Shown here: positions 60,289 through 64,000 of the stretch, in pieces
How positions within the stretch are numbered: position 1 is the first letter of the stretch
Layout: every line of letters starts with the position of its first letter
Source: an uncultured Acidobacteriota bacterium
Lineage (GTDB): Bacteria > Acidobacteriota > Vicinamibacteria > Vicinamibacterales > 2-12-FULL-66-21
Length of the DNA stretch: 64,000 nt
Direction: 5' to 3'
Assembly: GCA_963836665.1 (NCBI GenBank)
Contig: CAWIKL010000001.1
Span: 3,791,818-3,855,817, forward strand
The notes under the pieces: generated by a model
Told to the model about the DNA's origin: nothing
The model's input: only the letters and a program-made list of their open reading frames with translations
Database searches by the model: none
Position numbers and translations under genes: made by a program

Positions 60289-61239
60289 ATGGCCGACAAC
60301 AAGAAGATCATCGCGGTGGTGGGCGCCACGGGGGCCCAGGGCAACGGGCTGGTGCGGGCGATTCTGGCCGACCAGAGCGGGCAGTTCGCGGCACGCGCGC
60401 TGACTCGCAACCCGGACTCGGACAAGGCGAAGGCGCTGGCCGCCGCAGGGGCGGAGGTCGTCGCGGCGAACGTCGATGACGAGGCGAGCCTGTCACGGGC
60501 GTTCGCAGGCGCTTACGGCGCGTTCTGCGTGACGTTTTTCTGGGACCATTTCTCGGCCGAGAAAGAGGTCGAGGAGGCCGGCAAGATGGCGCGTGCCGCC
60601 AAGGCCTCGGGCGTCAAGCATGTCATCTGGTCGACCCTCGACGATACGCGCACGTTCATGCCGCTCGACGACCCGAGAATGCCGACGCTGCACGGCAAAT
60701 ACAAGGTGCCGCACTTCGACGGGAAAGGGGAGGCGGATCAGGCGTTTCGCGACGCCGGCGTCCCGACGACCTTCCTGCTGACGGTGTTCTACTGGGAGAA
60801 CATGATCCATTTCGGCACCGGTCCCAAGCCGGCCGGCGATGGTACCTACGCGCTGACGATGCCGATGGGCCGAGCGCAGTTGCCGGCGATTGGCGTCGAC
60901 GACATCGGCAAGTGCGCGCTCGGCGTGTTCAAGCGTCCCGACTTGATCGGCCGAACGATTGGCATCGCCGGTGGTGCTCCGACAGGCGATGAGATGGCTG
61001 CCGGCCTGTCGCAGGCGCTCGGCGTGCCGGTCAAGTACAACGATGTGCCGCCCGAGGTCTACCGGAGCTTCGGGTTCCCCGGCGCGGACGACATGGGGAA
61101 CATGTTTCAGTTCAAGCGCGACTTCAACGATGCCTACGTAAAATCGCGCAGCATCGAGCTCGCCCGTGAACTGAACCCCGAGCTGCAGTCGTTCGACCAG
61201 TGGCTGGCGACACACGCCAAGGCGATACCACTCGGGTAG
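60289..61239 (+). CDS. NmrA-family NAD(P)-binding protein
   Basis: Rossmann motif VVGATGAQG and NmrA-like length and motifs. Confidence 0.85.
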   Translation: MADNKKIIAVVGATGAQGNGLVRAILADQSGQFAARALTRNPDSDKAKALAAAGAEVVAANVDDEASLSRAFAGAYGAFCVTFFWDHFSAEKEVEEAGKMARAAKASGVKHVIWSTLDDTRTFMPLDDPRMPTLHGKYKVPHFDGKGEADQAFRDAGVPTTFLLTVFYWENMIHFGTGPKPAGDGTYALTMPMGRAQLPAIGVDDIGKCALGVFKRPDLIGRTIGIAGGAPTGDEMAAGLSQALGVPVKYNDVPPEVYRSFGFPGADDMGNMFQFKRDFNDAYVKSRSIELARELNPELQSFDQWLATHAKAIPLG

Positions 61240-61245
61240 GGAGGA

Positions 61246-61418
61246 GGGTTCTCGGGGTTCTTCGGGTTCTTCGGGTTCTTCGGGTTCGGTGGTTCGGGGG
61301 CGGGTTCGCCGGACCTGAGGTCCGGCCTACAAAGCGAGTTGGAATCCGTGCCCCGCGAACCTGAAGAACCCGAAGAACCTGAAGAACCTCAAGAACCCCA
61401 AGACCTCCCGAGAAACCC
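61246..61418. repeat. inverted pair of nonamer (GGGTTCTTC / GAAGAACCC) tandem arrays around a central hairpin
   Basis: The left array at 61246-61307 and the right array at 61355-61418 fill the convergent gap between the stops at 61239 and 61420. Confidence 0.85.
61308..61326. terminator. GCCGGACC-TGA-GGTCCGGC hairpin at a convergent junction
   Basis: 8-bp stem, central in the nonamer-array structure. Confidence 0.4.
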
Positions 61419-61419
61419 G

Positions 61420-62250
61420 CTAGTCCCCCGTGACGCGCACCCAGTCGATCAATGTGTCGGCCTTGCCCGCCTTGATCGCGGCGAGTGTGGCGTCGGACAT
61501 CCCGAAGTACGGCTTCTCGATCTTGTTGACGCCGTGCGGATACACACCGCCGAGCGCCAGGTTGACGATCAGGTGCTTCGGATTGTCGAACGACCAGCGG
61601 CCGTACTTCTCGACGTCCGCCTTTGCCACCCGGTAGATCTCTTTCCCATCGATGCGGAAGATCAGCAGTTCCGCCGTCCAGTCGACCGAGTAGACGTGCC
61701 ATTCGGAGACGTCGACAGTGGCGCGCTTTACGAGCGGCGTGTCGCCGAAGTAGCCAGGGCCGTGCAGGGCGACGCTCGTCCAGCCGGGATCGCCGACGTT
61801 TTCCATCACGTCGATCTCTCCGGTATCGGGCCAGCGTCCGTTGCCGAGGGCCCAGAAGGCCGGCCAGAGTCCCGCGCCCGGCGCCAGCTTCATGCGCGCC
61901 GCTGCCGTGCCGTAGGTGAACTCAAATCTGTCCCGCGTGTCGATCCGCCCTGATACGAAGTCGAACGTCTTCCCATCAGGCGTGCTGAAGCCGGCGCGCA
62001 GCCGCGGATGGATTGTCAGGACGCCGCCGCGCACGTCGAGCACGTCGGTCGAATCGATATAGGCCTGCTGCTCGTTGTTGACGGTGCGCCAGCCGTTGCC
62101 GGTGACAATGACGTTCCACTTGGTGCGGTCGAGCGCGTTCCCCGAAAACTCGTCGGCAAACAGCGTGCGCGCATGAGTTTGCGCGCGCGGGGCCGCGACC
62201 AGGAGGGCCAGCGCTACGGCCGCGAGCCCGCGGCTGGCGGAAATACGCAT
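61420..62250 (-). CDS. secreted GH16 beta-glucanase (laminarinase-like)
   Basis: Signal peptide. Catalytic GEIDVMEN motif. Confidence 0.85.
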   Translation of the reverse strand: MRISASRGLAAVALALLVAAPRAQTHARTLFADEFSGNALDRTKWNVIVTGNGWRTVNNEQQAYIDSTDVLDVRGGVLTIHPRLRAGFSTPDGKTFDFVSGRIDTRDRFEFTYGTAAARMKLAPGAGLWPAFWALGNGRWPDTGEIDVMENVGDPGWTSVALHGPGYFGDTPLVKRATVDVSEWHVYSVDWTAELLIFRIDGKEIYRVAKADVEKYGRWSFDNPKHLIVNLALGGVYPHGVNKIEKPYFGMSDATLAAIKAGKADTLIDWVRVTGD

Positions 62251-62254
62251 GCGG

Positions 62255-62266
62255 TAGGATTATAAG
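62255..62266. promoter_or_regulatory. overlapping -10 boxes in a 19-bp divergent spacer
   Basis: Minus strand: TATAAT (62264-62259), then 8 nt, then ATG 62250. Plus strand: TAGGAT (62255-62260), then 9 nt, then ATG 62270. Confidence 0.45.
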
Positions 62267-62269
62267 GAT

Positions 62270-64000
<1,731 letters not shown>

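Overview
This is a GC-rich (about two-thirds G+C by eye, not computed), densely packed chromosomal segment. It is almost certainly from an Acidobacteriota genome: it carries an ADOP-type duplicated orphan permease behind an acidobacterial-type PadR, a VWFA-related acidobacterial domain protein, and Ser/Thr kinase-TPR fusions. I support about 55 protein-coding genes. They include metH, dinB, the 5' part of sucA (open at the window end and absent from the ORF track), a GyrA/ParC-type topoisomerase subunit and a type III glutamine synthetase. There is also a two-component pair, an ECF sigma/Ser-Thr kinase pair, M3/M13/S51 peptidases, two cyclophilins, MFS transporters, and three tandem HlyD adaptors with a MacB-type permease. 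I saw no rRNA, tRNA, CRISPR array, transposase, integrase or recognisable defence island. All family calls rest on motifs I recognise by eye in the supplied translations, not on database searches.

The most unusual content is non-coding architecture:
- A family of short-unit tandem arrays (7, 8 and 9 nt units) is arranged as inverted pairs. One pair brackets a whole gene, and two copies are translated inside metH.
- A roughly 75-100 bp intercistronic repeat built on GCGAAGC-type hairpins sits just upstream of three start codons.
- A conserved GGACCTGA(A)GGTCC hairpin occurs at three convergent junctions.
- Many -10-like boxes lie 6-9 nt from start codons, which suggests leaderless mRNAs. Two of these are approximately 20-bp bidirectional spacers.

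Gene-level oddities:
- An orphan SagB-type dehydrogenase sits in an operon with three unknown small proteins.
- Three paralogous adaptors and a permease have no ATPase nearby.
- The glutamine synthetase III gene is frameshifted.
- A tandem paralogue is decayed and overlaps dinB.
- A SahR-like regulator with a 28-bp palindrome precedes metH.
- PadR operators are palindromic.

None of these is proven to be a new system; they are ranked hypotheses.
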